A stretch of DNA of 64,000 nt from Verrucomicrobiota bacterium (GTDB taxonomy: Bacteria; Verrucomicrobiota; Verrucomicrobiia; JAWXBN01; JAWXCD01): contig JAWXCD010000084.1 of NCBI GenBank assembly GCA_034440535.1, positions 5,353-69,352 of the forward strand, read 5' to 3'. The position numbers and the translations under genes are program-made. The notes below the pieces were generated by a model. That model saw only the letters and a program-made list of their open reading frames with translations. It was not told the origin of the DNA and searched no databases. This document shows, piece after piece, positions 8,664-18,537 of this stretch (its first letter is position 1; each line of letters opens with the position of its first letter).

Positions 8664-10157
8664 TTAAGCTGATGAGATTTGTGCTGCCAGTCGCAAGGCC
8701 TTTAAACCCGCTTTCGCTTTGTTACAACTTTCGTGGTACTCGCCTAGGGCCGTGGAATCGGCTACCAACCCACCGCCCGCTTGCAAATAAGCTTTATCGT
8801 TTTTTAAAAGCAAGGTGCGAATGGCAATGCATGAGTCCAGGTTTCCAGAATACCCGAAGTATCCAACGGCCCCCGCATAAATCCCCCGACTCGTGGGTTC
8901 CTGTTCCGCGATGATCTGCATAGCCCGGATTTTGGGTGAACCACTCACGGTCCCCGCTGGGAAGGTCGCCCGCATCACATCGTACGCGTTGCTGTTACCA
9001 CTCAAAATTCCTTCCACATTGCTCACGATATGCATGACGTGTGAGTACCTTTCGATAATCATGAATTCAGTGACGCGCACAGAATTGTAATCGCACACTC
9101 GGCCCACATCGTTACGGGCGAGGTCCACAAGCATCACATGCTCAGCCCGCTCCTTGGGGTCTGCGAGTAATTCTGCCGCAAGTTGGTCATCTTCTTCTGG
9201 GGTTTTCCCGCGCACACGGGTGCCAGCGATCGGACGGATTTCGACCTTCCGATTTTCACAACGGACGTGCACCTCTGGGGATGTCCCCACCACAGCCATA
9301 TCAAGGAACTTCAAACAAAACATGTACGGCGAAGGATTTATCAATCTCAAGGCCCGGTACAAATCAATGGGGCGACCGGTAAATGGAACTTCAAATCGTT
9401 GCGAAGGAACCACCTGAAAAATGTCGCCGGCTTTAATATATTCCTGCATCGATTCTGTCATGCGCACATAATCGGCTTGGGTCATGTTGGCCTTGGGCAA
9501 CTCGGGTTCAGCTGGGTCTGGCTCAGAAAATTCAATCGGGAGTGAGACAGCCGGTTTCTTCAATTTCTGCACCACGGCATCTATCTTCCCTGCGGCTATA
9601 TCATAAGCCGAACCCGCGTCCCCTTCGACGTGCGCGTTGCACAGGACCTTGATCCGCCTTTGAACGTGATCAAATATCAGCACAGTGTCACTGATTACAA
9701 AAAGTGCATCGGGAACTTGCAGGTCGTCTTTCGCAGATTTAGGGACCGTCTTTTCAAAAAACCGAACGGTCTCATACGCAAGGTAACCAACGGCTCCCCC
9801 GTAAAAGATCGGGAGATCCGTGTGTTCAACGGGTTTAAAAACGGACATGATCTTTTGTAGTTCCGCCAAAGGATCAAGCTGACTCTTGTACCGTTCCTCT
9901 TTGCCATTACGCACAAGGCGCACCTCATCACCGCGCATTTCAAAAATCAGTTCCGGCGCAGATGCGATAAAGGAGTAACGCCCAAATCTTTCCGCACTTT
10001 CTGCAGACTCGAGTAAAAAGGAAATTTTATCAGGTTCATCCAACTTAAGGTACGCTGTCACCGGAGTTTCAGTGTCAGCCAACAACTCGCGGAAAACAGG
10101 GATGAGATTCCCGTCCTTAGCCAATTCAATAAATTTTTCCCGTGAAGGAGCAAGCAT
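8664..10157 (-). CDS. trpE: anthranilate synthase component I
   Basis: 497 aa. Chorismate-binding core motifs 'GDIFQVVPSQRF', 'NPSPYMF', 'GTVSGSPKIRAMQII' and 'RGIYAGAVGY'. Confidence 0.93.
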   Translation of the reverse strand: MLAPSREKFIELAKDGNLIPVFRELLADTETPVTAYLKLDEPDKISFLLESAESAERFGRYSFIASAPELIFEMRGDEVRLVRNGKEERYKSQLDPLAELQKIMSVFKPVEHTDLPIFYGGAVGYLAYETVRFFEKTVPKSAKDDLQVPDALFVISDTVLIFDHVQRRIKVLCNAHVEGDAGSAYDIAAGKIDAVVQKLKKPAVSLPIEFSEPDPAEPELPKANMTQADYVRMTESMQEYIKAGDIFQVVPSQRFEVPFTGRPIDLYRALRLINPSPYMFCLKFLDMAVVGTSPEVHVRCENRKVEIRPIAGTRVRGKTPEEDDQLAAELLADPKERAEHVMLVDLARNDVGRVCDYNSVRVTEFMIIERYSHVMHIVSNVEGILSGNSNAYDVMRATFPAGTVSGSPKIRAMQIIAEQEPTSRGIYAGAVGYFGYSGNLDSCIAIRTLLLKNDKAYLQAGGGLVADSTALGEYHESCNKAKAGLKALRLAAQISSA

Positions 10158-10160
10158 ATG

Positions 10161-10577
10161 TTACTCCCTTCGATAAGTGGCTTCCGGATCAAACACACGC
10201 ATTTCTTTTATAGTTTGAACGGCTCCATCCAGCTCAATGGGCTGGAAAAAGCACGATTCATAGCCAGCGTGGCATGCTCCGCCGATTTGTTCGACTTCAA
10301 AAAGCAGGGTGTCACCATCACAATCAATGGAAAATCTTTTGATCGTCTGAGTGTGACCGCTTGTCTCTCCCTTGACCCAATACTTCTTTCTGGATCGACT
10401 CCAGAAATTGGTCTTTCCGGTTTCGAGCGTGGCCACAAGGGAATCTGCATTCATCCAAGCCATCATCAAAACCCGTTTCGTTTTGGCATCTTGAATGATC
10501 GCCGCCACAAGTCCGTCACTGTTAAATTTTATTTTTTGTAAAAAATCACAATTTACGTTCATACAATCCTTTCGCAA
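10161..10577 (-). CDS. hisI: phosphoribosyl-AMP cyclohydrolase (monofunctional)
   Basis: 138 aa. 'DGLVAAIIQDAKTKRVLMMAWMNADSL', 'FWSRSRKKYWVKGETSGH' and 'DCDGDTLLFEVEQIGGACHAG'. Confidence 0.92.
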   Translation of the reverse strand: MRKDCMNVNCDFLQKIKFNSDGLVAAIIQDAKTKRVLMMAWMNADSLVATLETGKTNFWSRSRKKYWVKGETSGHTQTIKRFSIDCDGDTLLFEVEQIGGACHAGYESCFFQPIELDGAVQTIKEMRVFDPEATYRRE

Positions 10578-10582
10578 CCCGG

Positions 10583-11341
10583 CTACAGACGCACCGGGAT
10601 TCCCTTTAATTTTAAAAACTGTTTCACGTCATCTACCGTATGTTGATTATAATGGAAAATACTCGCAGCAAGCACCGCGTCCGCTTTTCCAGTCGTGAGC
10701 ACTTCGAACATATGCTGCATAGTACCAGCTCCGCCACTCGCAATTACAGGAACATTTACGACCTCGCTCACCGCGCGGGTTAACTCCATGTCATACCCTT
10801 TTTTGGTCCCGTCGGCATCCATACTCGTCAGCAGGATTTCCCCTGCCCCAAGCTCCACTCCTCGTTTGGCCCATTCAATCGCATCAAGTCCCGTTGGTTT
10901 TCTGCCTCCATGGGTAAAAACCTCCCACTTTCCCGGACCTACGTTCTTGGCATCAATCGCCAGCACAATGCATTGACTTCCAAAGGTATGCGCGCCCTCT
11001 CGAATGAGCGTAGGATTCTGAATCGCAGCAGTATTGACAGATATCTTGTCAGCGCCCGCATTTAGCATGAGGCGTATGTCTTCAACGGTTCGGATACCCC
11101 CGCCCACGGTCAATGGAATAAAAACTTGGTCAGCCGTACGCTCCACTAAGCTGACGAGAGTTCCCCTGTTTTCGTGAGAAGCGCGGATATCAAGAAAAAC
11201 GAGTTCGTCGGCGCCTTGAGCATCGTAGGCAAGCGCGGCCTCGACCGGGTCGCCGGCATCTTTGAGTTCGAGAAACTTAACGCCTTTAACAACCCGACCT
11301 TCCGCTACATCCAGACAGGGAATGATTCGTTTAGCCAGCAT
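10583..11341 (-). CDS. hisF: imidazole glycerol phosphate synthase, cyclase subunit
   Basis: 252 aa. '[14 protein letters not shown]', 'ADELVFLDI', 'PLTVGGGIR' and 'ASGGAG'. Confidence 0.95.
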   Translation of the reverse strand: MLAKRIIPCLDVAEGRVVKGVKFLELKDAGDPVEAALAYDAQGADELVFLDIRASHENRGTLVSLVERTADQVFIPLTVGGGIRTVEDIRLMLNAGADKISVNTAAIQNPTLIREGAHTFGSQCIVLAIDAKNVGPGKWEVFTHGGRKPTGLDAIEWAKRGVELGAGEILLTSMDADGTKKGYDMELTRAVSEVVNVPVIASGGAGTMQHMFEVLTTGKADAVLAASIFHYNQHTVDDVKQFLKLKGIPVRL

Positions 11342-11524
11342 TCGGAGCCATCAGTTAAACGCAAATTCGAAAAAGGCAAAGGGAAAATATGCTGCCCACA
11401 CCTCCACTCTCCCATAAAGCGCCTTATTAAAATACGATCTGTTTTACCCCCTTCTTAGGTCGGTGCTCCCATTTTATGATTTATTATGACTTTCAATTAG
11501 CGCCGATTTTTCCTATCGAACCCT

Positions 11525-12160
11525 ATGACGACAGGCTATTTTATAACTGGAACTGACACAGGAGTGGGGAAGACCTACATTACGTCGCTCCTGCTCAAGT
11601 CCCTCGTAAAGATGGGGAAACGCGCTTGTGGATTTAAACCCATTTGTTGCGGGGATCGCGATGATGTTTTTGCATTATTAAAGGCGGGGTCAACGGATCC
11701 TCAACTCACCCCAGAGGCCATCAACCCCATTTGGTTACGTCCACCTGCAGCACCTTATACAGCCTGCATCATAGAAGAACGCGTCGTTGATATTCCCTTT
11801 ATTCACGAACATTTACAGCGCCTGACATCGTTTGAATTCGTTTTAGTCGAAGGTGCCGGGGGTTGGCGAGTGCCTATCCGGCAGGACTATTTCATAAGTG
11901 ACCTTGCTAAAGAAATAGGTTTCCCGGTCATTATCGTGGCCCGACTTGGACTCGGAACGTTAAATCACACTTTGCTGACAGTTGATTCTATCCGAAGCAC
12001 AGGACTGCCCATTGCTGGAATTATTGTAAATGATGCTGAAGGAACCGCTGACCCAATTGCGGCTTCCACTAACCCCGCTCTTCTCGAGCAACTCACCGGA
12101 GAAAAAATTCTGGGCACTATCGGAAAAGGCGAAATGGAAATCGATTGGCCACTCGGCTGA
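11525..12160 (+). CDS. bioD: dethiobiotin synthetase
   Basis: 211 aa. P-loop 'GTDTGVGKT' and 'VLVEGAGGW'. Confidence 0.9.
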   Translation: MTTGYFITGTDTGVGKTYITSLLLKSLVKMGKRACGFKPICCGDRDDVFALLKAGSTDPQLTPEAINPIWLRPPAAPYTACIIEERVVDIPFIHEHLQRLTSFEFVLVEGAGGWRVPIRQDYFISDLAKEIGFPVIIVARLGLGTLNHTLLTVDSIRSTGLPIAGIIVNDAEGTADPIAASTNPALLEQLTGEKILGTIGKGEMEIDWPLG

Positions 12161-12781
12161 TTACGAGCGGTTAATAACCCCAGCCGCGACAAACATAACG
12201 CAGGCTATTCCCGCTGCTGACTGGAGAGCGATATAAATAATGGCCAAACGGTGATATTTAATTTTGTTACTCAGGATAGCGCCTACGACAAGAATCTGGC
12301 GTTTATACTCTTCGAGGGACATCGCACCAGTGAAGTTGTCACTCAGTCGGTCGACGCATTCCTGGGCTTCTTCATAGTTTTTTTCGCTATAAACGCAGAA
12401 CAAAGTAGTAACCCCTTTCAACAGGGGCGAACTCATAAACGGACCTCGCGTATTAGGAGTGCGCGCGACGAGGCTCATAAGTGCATTGATAAATGCTAGA
12501 AACCCGAACGCCACGCCGCCAAACCAGAAAAGTAGCATCAAACCTTTGTCCATCCGACCTTTCGGGAGCAAAGACGATTCCATAATCGCTTGCACAAACA
12601 TTATGCACACCGGAAAAAATAAAAGTGCAAAGGTCAGAAGTATCACCACGATCAACAAAAACCCCGTTTTCATATCCGTGAACCTGATGATATCCTGCAA
12701 GTTCACGTAACCTTGCCTCGCGTGCTTGAGACCGGCAATCGATGTGTCGCCTTGGGGTAACAAAGTTGATTCGGACGCCAT
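12161..12781 (-). CDS. membrane protein resembling DUF5706 / Pycsar-effector-type TM domain (recalled family pattern, unverified)
   Basis: 206 aa. 'IIRFTDMKTGFLLIV' (compare the 'aDtKa' opening), two TM hairpins, and 'SLEEYKRQILVVGAILSNKIKYHRLAIIYIAL' near the C-terminus. Its stop abuts the bioD stop with 0 nt between them. Confidence 0.35.
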   Translation of the reverse strand: MASESTLLPQGDTSIAGLKHARQGYVNLQDIIRFTDMKTGFLLIVVILLTFALLFFPVCIMFVQAIMESSLLPKGRMDKGLMLLFWFGGVAFGFLAFINALMSLVARTPNTRGPFMSSPLLKGVTTLFCVYSEKNYEEAQECVDRLSDNFTGAMSLEEYKRQILVVGAILSNKIKYHRLAIIYIALQSAAGIACVMFVAAGVINRS

Positions 12782-13108
12782 GAAGCTTTATCCTGCCAGA
12801 CACCAAGGAAAATCCAATGACATAATAGTCCCGGCTTATTCTTAATCTCCTGAATCCCCCATCTTCAAAAATTAAAACTTAGCCGCGAAAAAGCACAAAA
12901 ACCGCAAAATGGACTAACCGAAAACAACACTCGACCCCAATAAAAGCCAATGCCAGAGGGTTGATTCAAACTGTCGGCTGCCATTGTAGATTGAGCCGGA
13001 ATACTCTCGCCAATGCCAAGGGAAAAGTTTTATCACGGGCAAGTCTAAATTTACTTCTCCCCAATCCTCCGTGCCTCCGCACATCCGCGTGAAATTATCT
13101 CCCAATGT

Positions 13109-14059
13109 TCATTCTTGTTTTGGTGAACTCCCAACCACGACCTTACCCATTTTGACGACCTCAAGGTCGGAAGCTTTGACGCGTTTGAGGGTGTTCAGAT
13201 CCGCGTCGTTCCAGCGGTGGTCGGCAGCGCCGGAGATAAACCAATCGCCTCCGTTATCGGCGAGCAACATACCGTAGGTCTTGAGGGCCTGCAGGATGAC
13301 CTTGGCCTGTGGAGGATATTTCGAAAGAGGATAATCCGCCTTAAGTCTGACGCGCATACCCATGGGAGGGAGATTTACATGTGTGTCCTGACTCGCATAG
13401 TGTGAAGCAGGGGGCACGTAAGCTTTACGCGTTTTCGTCACAGTGAACCGGAAAGCGTGGTCAACATGGCCCCGTGCAATTTCGTCATACCGCACAAGCC
13501 CCGGGAGTATGGGAAGCCCTGCTGCATCGGCGGAGGTGTGACCCGCAGGGCGAGATGGATTTTTTTTGAGATCAAAAACGGCGCCCGACGCAGCACGCAC
13601 TTCCCGGCCTTTTACAAAAGTGTAAAACAGTTCGTACAACTTCATCTCTCCTCGGTGCAGGATGATGAGATGACGATCGCCCGTGTCCTCATCGCGCAAA
13701 GGAATATGAGTGGGCAACGGGTACATCACTTGATCACTTTCATCTGGGTAATCCGTAAACTCGACTTGGACCTTGGCCGTCTCCTCGTCTACGACGCAAT
13801 ATGAAAAACCGTGTGGTCCACCTCTCCAGTTTGCGCCAAAGTCCGGGTGGATATTTTTCTGGGCACCTATTTGACGAATAAGAATTTCCGAGCGTGGATC
13901 AACAGGCAGTTGGTCAACCTTCTGATTCCAAGGATTGTTTTTTGGGAAGAGTTGAATGGACTCCAGATCGACATTGATTCCGGTTTTTACCATGGGCTCT
14001 GCCATCGCGTGAAAGCACACGAGGAACAGACAACAACCTATTGCCCAGAACGATCTCAT
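13109..14059 (-). CDS. secreted conserved protein of unknown function
   Basis: The signal peptide 'MRSFWAIGCCLFLVCFHAMA' starts at ATG 14059, which forms an ATGA overlap with the upstream stop. The ORF-track start is 14122. Conserved-looking blocks are 'HTSADAAGLPILPGLVRYDE', 'HAFRFTV', 'LPPMGMRVRLK' and 'YGMLLADNGGDWFISG'. Confidence 0.6.
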   Translation of the reverse strand: MRSFWAIGCCLFLVCFHAMAEPMVKTGINVDLESIQLFPKNNPWNQKVDQLPVDPRSEILIRQIGAQKNIHPDFGANWRGGPHGFSYCVVDEETAKVQVEFTDYPDESDQVMYPLPTHIPLRDEDTGDRHLIILHRGEMKLYELFYTFVKGREVRAASGAVFDLKKNPSRPAGHTSADAAGLPILPGLVRYDEIARGHVDHAFRFTVTKTRKAYVPPASHYASQDTHVNLPPMGMRVRLKADYPLSKYPPQAKVILQALKTYGMLLADNGGDWFISGAADHRWNDADLNTLKRVKASDLEVVKMGKVVVGSSPKQE

Positions 14060-14976
14060 GTCATGCGGTTTAATGAGAGAAGAAGAGTACACGTCGCGGA
14101 TTCGTCGGCTAAGAGATGGCACATCTCATCGGGTCGAACTACAGGGTTTGGGCCGGTGGTCCATGGCTCGATGCACACCTGTTTTTCGTCAGTTGCTCGC
14201 GACCAGACAGCCACCCAGCTTAACAAGTGTGGGTTGCTCCACGATACGTTTACGGCATAACCCGAAGGCTCATCAACTAAACGAATTAGAGCCCCCTCGA
14301 CGTTCTTATAAAAAAAAGTCCCGCTCAGATCAGTGTCCGCCGCTAGACGTCCCTGCGGCTGTTTGATGGCACTATAATTCATCCAATCAGAATCCAACGG
14401 ACTTATGCGCTCACATTCAGGCACGTCCAGATAACACGCGCCCTTGGATGAAGCGGAGGAAAGGGGTGCGTTAAAATAGGGATGGAATCCGATCGCAAAC
14501 GGCATTGTCGCGTCTGACAGGTTGTGCACCATCGCAGAAATCTCAAGGGCTTGATTTTTCAAGCGGTAACATAAAGTGAACTTAAATTTAAACGGAAACG
14601 TTTTAAGCGTAGCGTCCGAATGTCCCAAGCTTAAGGTTACCTCAGTATCAGAAACGTTCTCGACCGTCCAAACACTTTTGCGTGCGAAACCGTGTTGTGG
14701 CAACACGAACGGGGATCCGTTAACCTTATAAACGTTGTCTTCGCCATTGGTGCGCACCCATGAGACAATGGGGAAAAGAATAGGGTTCCCGAAATGAATT
14801 CGGTCAGGCCATCCACGCAGTTTTTCCTCCCTGCAATCCAGGACATCGACGAGGCCATTGCCAAGGTCAACAGCGTATTTAACGACCATGCCCCCAAGTT
14901 CCGGACAAACCCAAGCTTCGACGCCCGGCGCACGGAGGATAAGTCGTGTGGCCTCAGGAGAATAAGGGGCAGACAT
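14056..14976 (-). CDS. aldose 1-epimerase (galactose mutarotase-like) family protein
   Basis: 306 aa. 'GNPILFPIVSW', 'LPQHGFAR' and 'FAIGFHPYF' are family motifs. Confidence 0.8.
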   Translation of the reverse strand: MSAPYSPEATRLILRAPGVEAWVCPELGGMVVKYAVDLGNGLVDVLDCREEKLRGWPDRIHFGNPILFPIVSWVRTNGEDNVYKVNGSPFVLPQHGFARKSVWTVENVSDTEVTLSLGHSDATLKTFPFKFKFTLCYRLKNQALEISAMVHNLSDATMPFAIGFHPYFNAPLSSASSKGACYLDVPECERISPLDSDWMNYSAIKQPQGRLAADTDLSGTFFYKNVEGALIRLVDEPSGYAVNVSWSNPHLLSWVAVWSRATDEKQVCIEPWTTGPNPVVRPDEMCHLLADESATCTLLLSLNRMT

Positions 14977-14979
14977 GCT

Positions 14980-15954
14980 TTATTCGTTTACTTCACCGAA
15001 CGCCCTGAACTTGTCATAGCGTTGTGTCATAAGCGTGTCGGGTTTAATCTTTCTCAAGTTGGCAATATTGGAGAGCACAGCTTTTTTGACCGCACTAAAT
15101 ACGACCTCAGGATTGCGATGAGCACCACCCGGAGGTTCATCGATAACCTCATCCACTAACTTAAATTGCATAAGATCGCGGGCAGCCATTTTAAGAGCAG
15201 CGGCCGCTTTCGGTGCGTGGCTCCGATCTTTCCAGAGAATCGCAGCACAACCTTCAGGCGAAATGACGGAATAATAAGCGTTTTCGAGTATCAATATCCT
15301 GTCCGCCACACCAATCCCCAAGGCCCCTCCGCTTCCCCCTTCGCCAATGACCACTCCAATAATGGGCACAGGTAATAAAAACATCTCACGCAAGTTGACG
15401 GCTATGGCCTCAGCGATATGTCGTTCTTCTGCACCCACACCAGGGTAAGCCCCCGGAGTGTCAATGAGGGAAATAATAGGTAAATTAAATTTTGCAGCCA
15501 TTTGCATCAAGCGCAGGGCTTTGCGGTATCCTTCTGGGTGGGCACTTCCGAAATTGCGTTTGAGTTTCTCCTTGGTATCCCGGCCTTTTTGATTGCCGAT
15601 GATCATGACAGGAACATCATCAATCCGGGCCAGCCCGCCGACCATGGCTTTGTCGTCACTAAATCGGCGGTCACCATGCAACTCGAAGTAATCGGTGCAC
15701 ATGGCATTAATGAAATCGAGAGCAAACGGGCGCTTCACGTGCCTAGCAATTTGAACACGTTGCCATGGGCTAAGATTCTGATAAATCTCGGCTTTAGTTT
15801 CATTGATCTTCCGTTCCAAGCTGACCACTTCATCAGTGAAATCTATTTTGTGTTCATCGGCTTGCGCCCTAAGTTCGGACAACTTCTTTTCCAGCTCAAT
15901 GATCGGCTTTTCAAATTCTAATGGAGCAATCTTCATAAAACACTCTTCTCGCAC
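14980..15954 (-). CDS. accA: acetyl-CoA carboxylase carboxyltransferase alpha subunit
   Basis: 'LEFEKPIIELEKKLSEL', 'RPFALDFI', 'DTPGAYPGVGAEERHIAEAIA' and 'GEGGSGGALG'. The start may be the internal ATG 15936 (MKIAPLEF). Confidence 0.93.
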   Translation of the reverse strand: MREECFMKIAPLEFEKPIIELEKKLSELRAQADEHKIDFTDEVVSLERKINETKAEIYQNLSPWQRVQIARHVKRPFALDFINAMCTDYFELHGDRRFSDDKAMVGGLARIDDVPVMIIGNQKGRDTKEKLKRNFGSAHPEGYRKALRLMQMAAKFNLPIISLIDTPGAYPGVGAEERHIAEAIAVNLREMFLLPVPIIGVVIGEGGSGGALGIGVADRILILENAYYSVISPEGCAAILWKDRSHAPKAAAALKMAARDLMQFKLVDEVIDEPPGGAHRNPEVVFSAVKKAVLSNIANLRKIKPDTLMTQRYDKFRAFGEVNE

Positions 15955-17121
15955 TTATGGATTAACCAATTTGGCAAAAACCGTTTTTCCACCTTCGAAC
16001 TTGAGCACCACTAACGGCTTCTGAGCATTGCGTTGGGCGTCGATCGTAATTTTCCCCGAAACTCCTGGAAAATCTTTAGTAGTCGCTAACGCATCACGAA
16101 TCTTGGATCCTTCCGTTGACCCAGCGCGTTTAATGGCATCCGCCATTATAAACATGGCATCGTACCCTAAAACAGCCATTGCATCGGGCACCTTGCCGTA
16201 CTTCTGTTTGTATTCATTCACAAAACTCTGAACTTCGGGACGGGGATCATCGGGAGAATAATGGTTGGTATAATACGAACCCTCGATCGCTTGGCCCCCA
16301 ATCTTGGCCGTTTCTTCCGAGTCCCATCCGTCGCCCCCGACCAAAGGAACCGTGATCCCCAATTCCCGAGCCTGACGTGCGATTTGTCCCACCTGAGTAT
16401 AATAACCCGGAACGACGATAACCTGAGGGTTGCGTCCTTTGATTTTAGTGAGCTGAGCTTTAAAATCAATATCCCCCGCCATGTACGATTCTTGGGTCAG
16501 GACCGTGCCACCCATGGCCGTGAACTTCGCAGTAAAGTTTTGCGCCAAGCCGAGACTGTAATCACTCTTTTGGTCGACTAACACCGCCACATTTTTGGAC
16601 TTCAGTTCTTCAGATACAAACTTGGCTATAATTTCGCCCTGAAAGCTGTCGGTAAAACAGGCTCTGAAAATATAATCCCCTACCTGAGTGACTTTTTCGT
16701 TAGTGGACGCCGGGCTGAGCATCGGAATCTTGGCCTGCTGGCATTTGGGTGCAGCGGCAAGGCTACGGGAACTAGCGACTTCCCCAATGATAGCATGAAC
16801 TTTGTTCTGATTGATCAGCTTCAAAACTGAACTGACCGCTTCGGATGTTTTCCCTTGGTTATCTTCCGAAATCACTTTTATCTTTTTGCCAAGCACTCCC
16901 CCACCTGCATTGAGTTTTTCGAGGGCCATCATGATGCCGTTATGCGTCGACACGCCAAAGGTTGCTGTATCCCCCGTCATCGATCCGTACTCCCCAATCC
17001 GAATCTCGTTATCATCAACGTTGGACGACGCTGCCTGGTTCCCACCTTGTTTGGCACAGCCACCTGCGAATGCAAACAACGCGACGATTAGACCGACAAA
17101 AATATTACGATTTAGTTTCAT
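15955..17121 (-). CDS. ABC-transporter substrate-binding lipoprotein, branched-chain amino acid (LivK/LivJ-type) family
   Basis: The lipobox 'FAGGCAK' follows ATG 17121 (ORF-track start 17166). A type I periplasmic binding fold is suggested by 'IRIGEYGSMTGDTATFG' and 'AIIGEVASSRSLAAAP'. Confidence 0.8.
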   Translation of the reverse strand: MKLNRNIFVGLIVALFAFAGGCAKQGGNQAASSNVDDNEIRIGEYGSMTGDTATFGVSTHNGIMMALEKLNAGGGVLGKKIKVISEDNQGKTSEAVSSVLKLINQNKVHAIIGEVASSRSLAAAPKCQQAKIPMLSPASTNEKVTQVGDYIFRACFTDSFQGEIIAKFVSEELKSKNVAVLVDQKSDYSLGLAQNFTAKFTAMGGTVLTQESYMAGDIDFKAQLTKIKGRNPQVIVVPGYYTQVGQIARQARELGITVPLVGGDGWDSEETAKIGGQAIEGSYYTNHYSPDDPRPEVQSFVNEYKQKYGKVPDAMAVLGYDAMFIMADAIKRAGSTEGSKIRDALATTKDFPGVSGKITIDAQRNAQKPLVVLKFEGGKTVFAKLVNP

Positions 17122-17218
17122 AGTGTAAGGAGCGGGATTATACGGGTTTATCATGAAATGATGCAAAAGGTAAATTCAGGTTTGCAGTTATTTCATCTGC
17201 TGTTAGAAAAGCACGCCT

Positions 17219-18532
17219 ATGTTCAAGCTCCAGCATACCCTTGGCAAAAAAGCGACTTTTTCAGGTCACGCCCTGCACACAGGTAATAAAGTCAATATCG
17301 CTTTCCTACCCGCACCGGAGAACCATGGGATCAAGTTTAAACGCATTGATCTGGCGGACCACCCTATTCTTGATGCGCATGTGGATTACGTAAAACAAGT
17401 CGAACGCTCCACAACCCTGGCCGATGGTGCCATCCGCATTCACACTGTCGAACACGCCATTTCAGCTCTTGCGGGCATGGGCGTTGATAACGCCATGATC
17501 GAGATGGACTCGAACGAACCCCCCATTGCGGACGGCAGCGGCATGCCTTTCATGAAGATGGTTCAGGAAGCCGGTGTGGTCGAACAGAAAGCTTCCCGCA
17601 AAATCTTCACCCTTCGCGATCCTATACAAATCGAAGGTAAAGGTGGCTCATTTATTGTGGCCATGCCCTCGGACGAACTCCGTATTTCTTGTACAAACGC
17701 AAATCATACGGGCTTTTTTACTCAATACAGAAGCGATGTTATTACTCCCGAATTTTATCAAAAAGAAATCGCCCCCGCTCGAACATTTTGTTTTTACGAA
17801 GAAGTCGCCCCGTTAATGGACCAGGGCTTGATCAAAGGGGGTAGCCTCGAAAATGCGGTCGTGATCCGGGGTAGCCAGGTTTTAAGCAAGGAAGCGCTAC
17901 GGTTTCCGGACGAATTCGTACGTCACAAAATGCTCGATATCATTGGCGACTTGACTCTCATTGGTGTGCCGATCAAAGCGCATATCATCGCCATGAAACC
18001 GAGTCACGGACTCAACGTCGAGTTGGCTAAGGCTTTATACAAACAGTACAAAAAGTATTTTGCGCTGAGCATCCCAAAAGAAAGCGACCTCATCTTAGAA
18101 GGGTCAATGGACATTCAGGATGTCATGAAGGTGTTGCCGCACCGTCCTCCGTTCCTCATGATTGACAGAGTCCTTAAATTTGACGGTGAAACCAAAGCGA
18201 TCGGGATGAAGAATGTCACGATGGGCGAACCTTATTTCGCAGGCCACTTCCCAAATTATCCGATCATGCCTGGTGTGTTACAGGTAGAAGCCATGGCACA
18301 GTTGGCGAGTATATTAATGCTTAAAGACCCAGCGAACCTCGGGAAAATAGGGTTCTTCATGAGCGCAGATAGCGTTAAGTTCCGGCGTCCTGTGTTCCCA
18401 GGGGATACTTTAATCATCGAAGTTGAGATGACTCGCTCACGCGGCAAAATTGGAAAAGCAAACGGTCGGTGCCTCGTTAATAAACAGGTCGTCTCAGAAG
18501 CCGAACTCATGTTTTCCATTACCGACGTGTAA
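17219..18532 (+). CDS. lpxC: bifunctional UDP-3-O-acyl-GlcNAc deacetylase / 3-hydroxyacyl-ACP dehydratase (LpxC-FabZ fusion)
   Basis: 437 aa. The N-terminal part is LpxC-like ('GHALHTG', 'HTVEHAISAL', 'EFVRHKMLDIIGDL'). The C-terminal part is FabZ-like ('LPHRPPFLMIDRV', 'GHFPNYPIMPGVLQVEAMAQ'). Confidence 0.92.
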   Translation: MFKLQHTLGKKATFSGHALHTGNKVNIAFLPAPENHGIKFKRIDLADHPILDAHVDYVKQVERSTTLADGAIRIHTVEHAISALAGMGVDNAMIEMDSNEPPIADGSGMPFMKMVQEAGVVEQKASRKIFTLRDPIQIEGKGGSFIVAMPSDELRISCTNANHTGFFTQYRSDVITPEFYQKEIAPARTFCFYEEVAPLMDQGLIKGGSLENAVVIRGSQVLSKEALRFPDEFVRHKMLDIIGDLTLIGVPIKAHIIAMKPSHGLNVELAKALYKQYKKYFALSIPKESDLILEGSMDIQDVMKVLPHRPPFLMIDRVLKFDGETKAIGMKNVTMGEPYFAGHFPNYPIMPGVLQVEAMAQLASILMLKDPANLGKIGFFMSADSVKFRRPVFPGDTLIIEVEMTRSRGKIGKANGRCLVNKQVVSEAELMFSITDV

Positions 18533-18537
18533 GCGCC

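Noticed and set aside
12914-13105. The 63-aa Trp-rich ORF directly downstream of the secreted protein gene
   Set aside because: It has a TTG start, no RBS-like sequence, no TM segment or signal peptide, and no recognisable motif. Nothing supports coding beyond the open frame.
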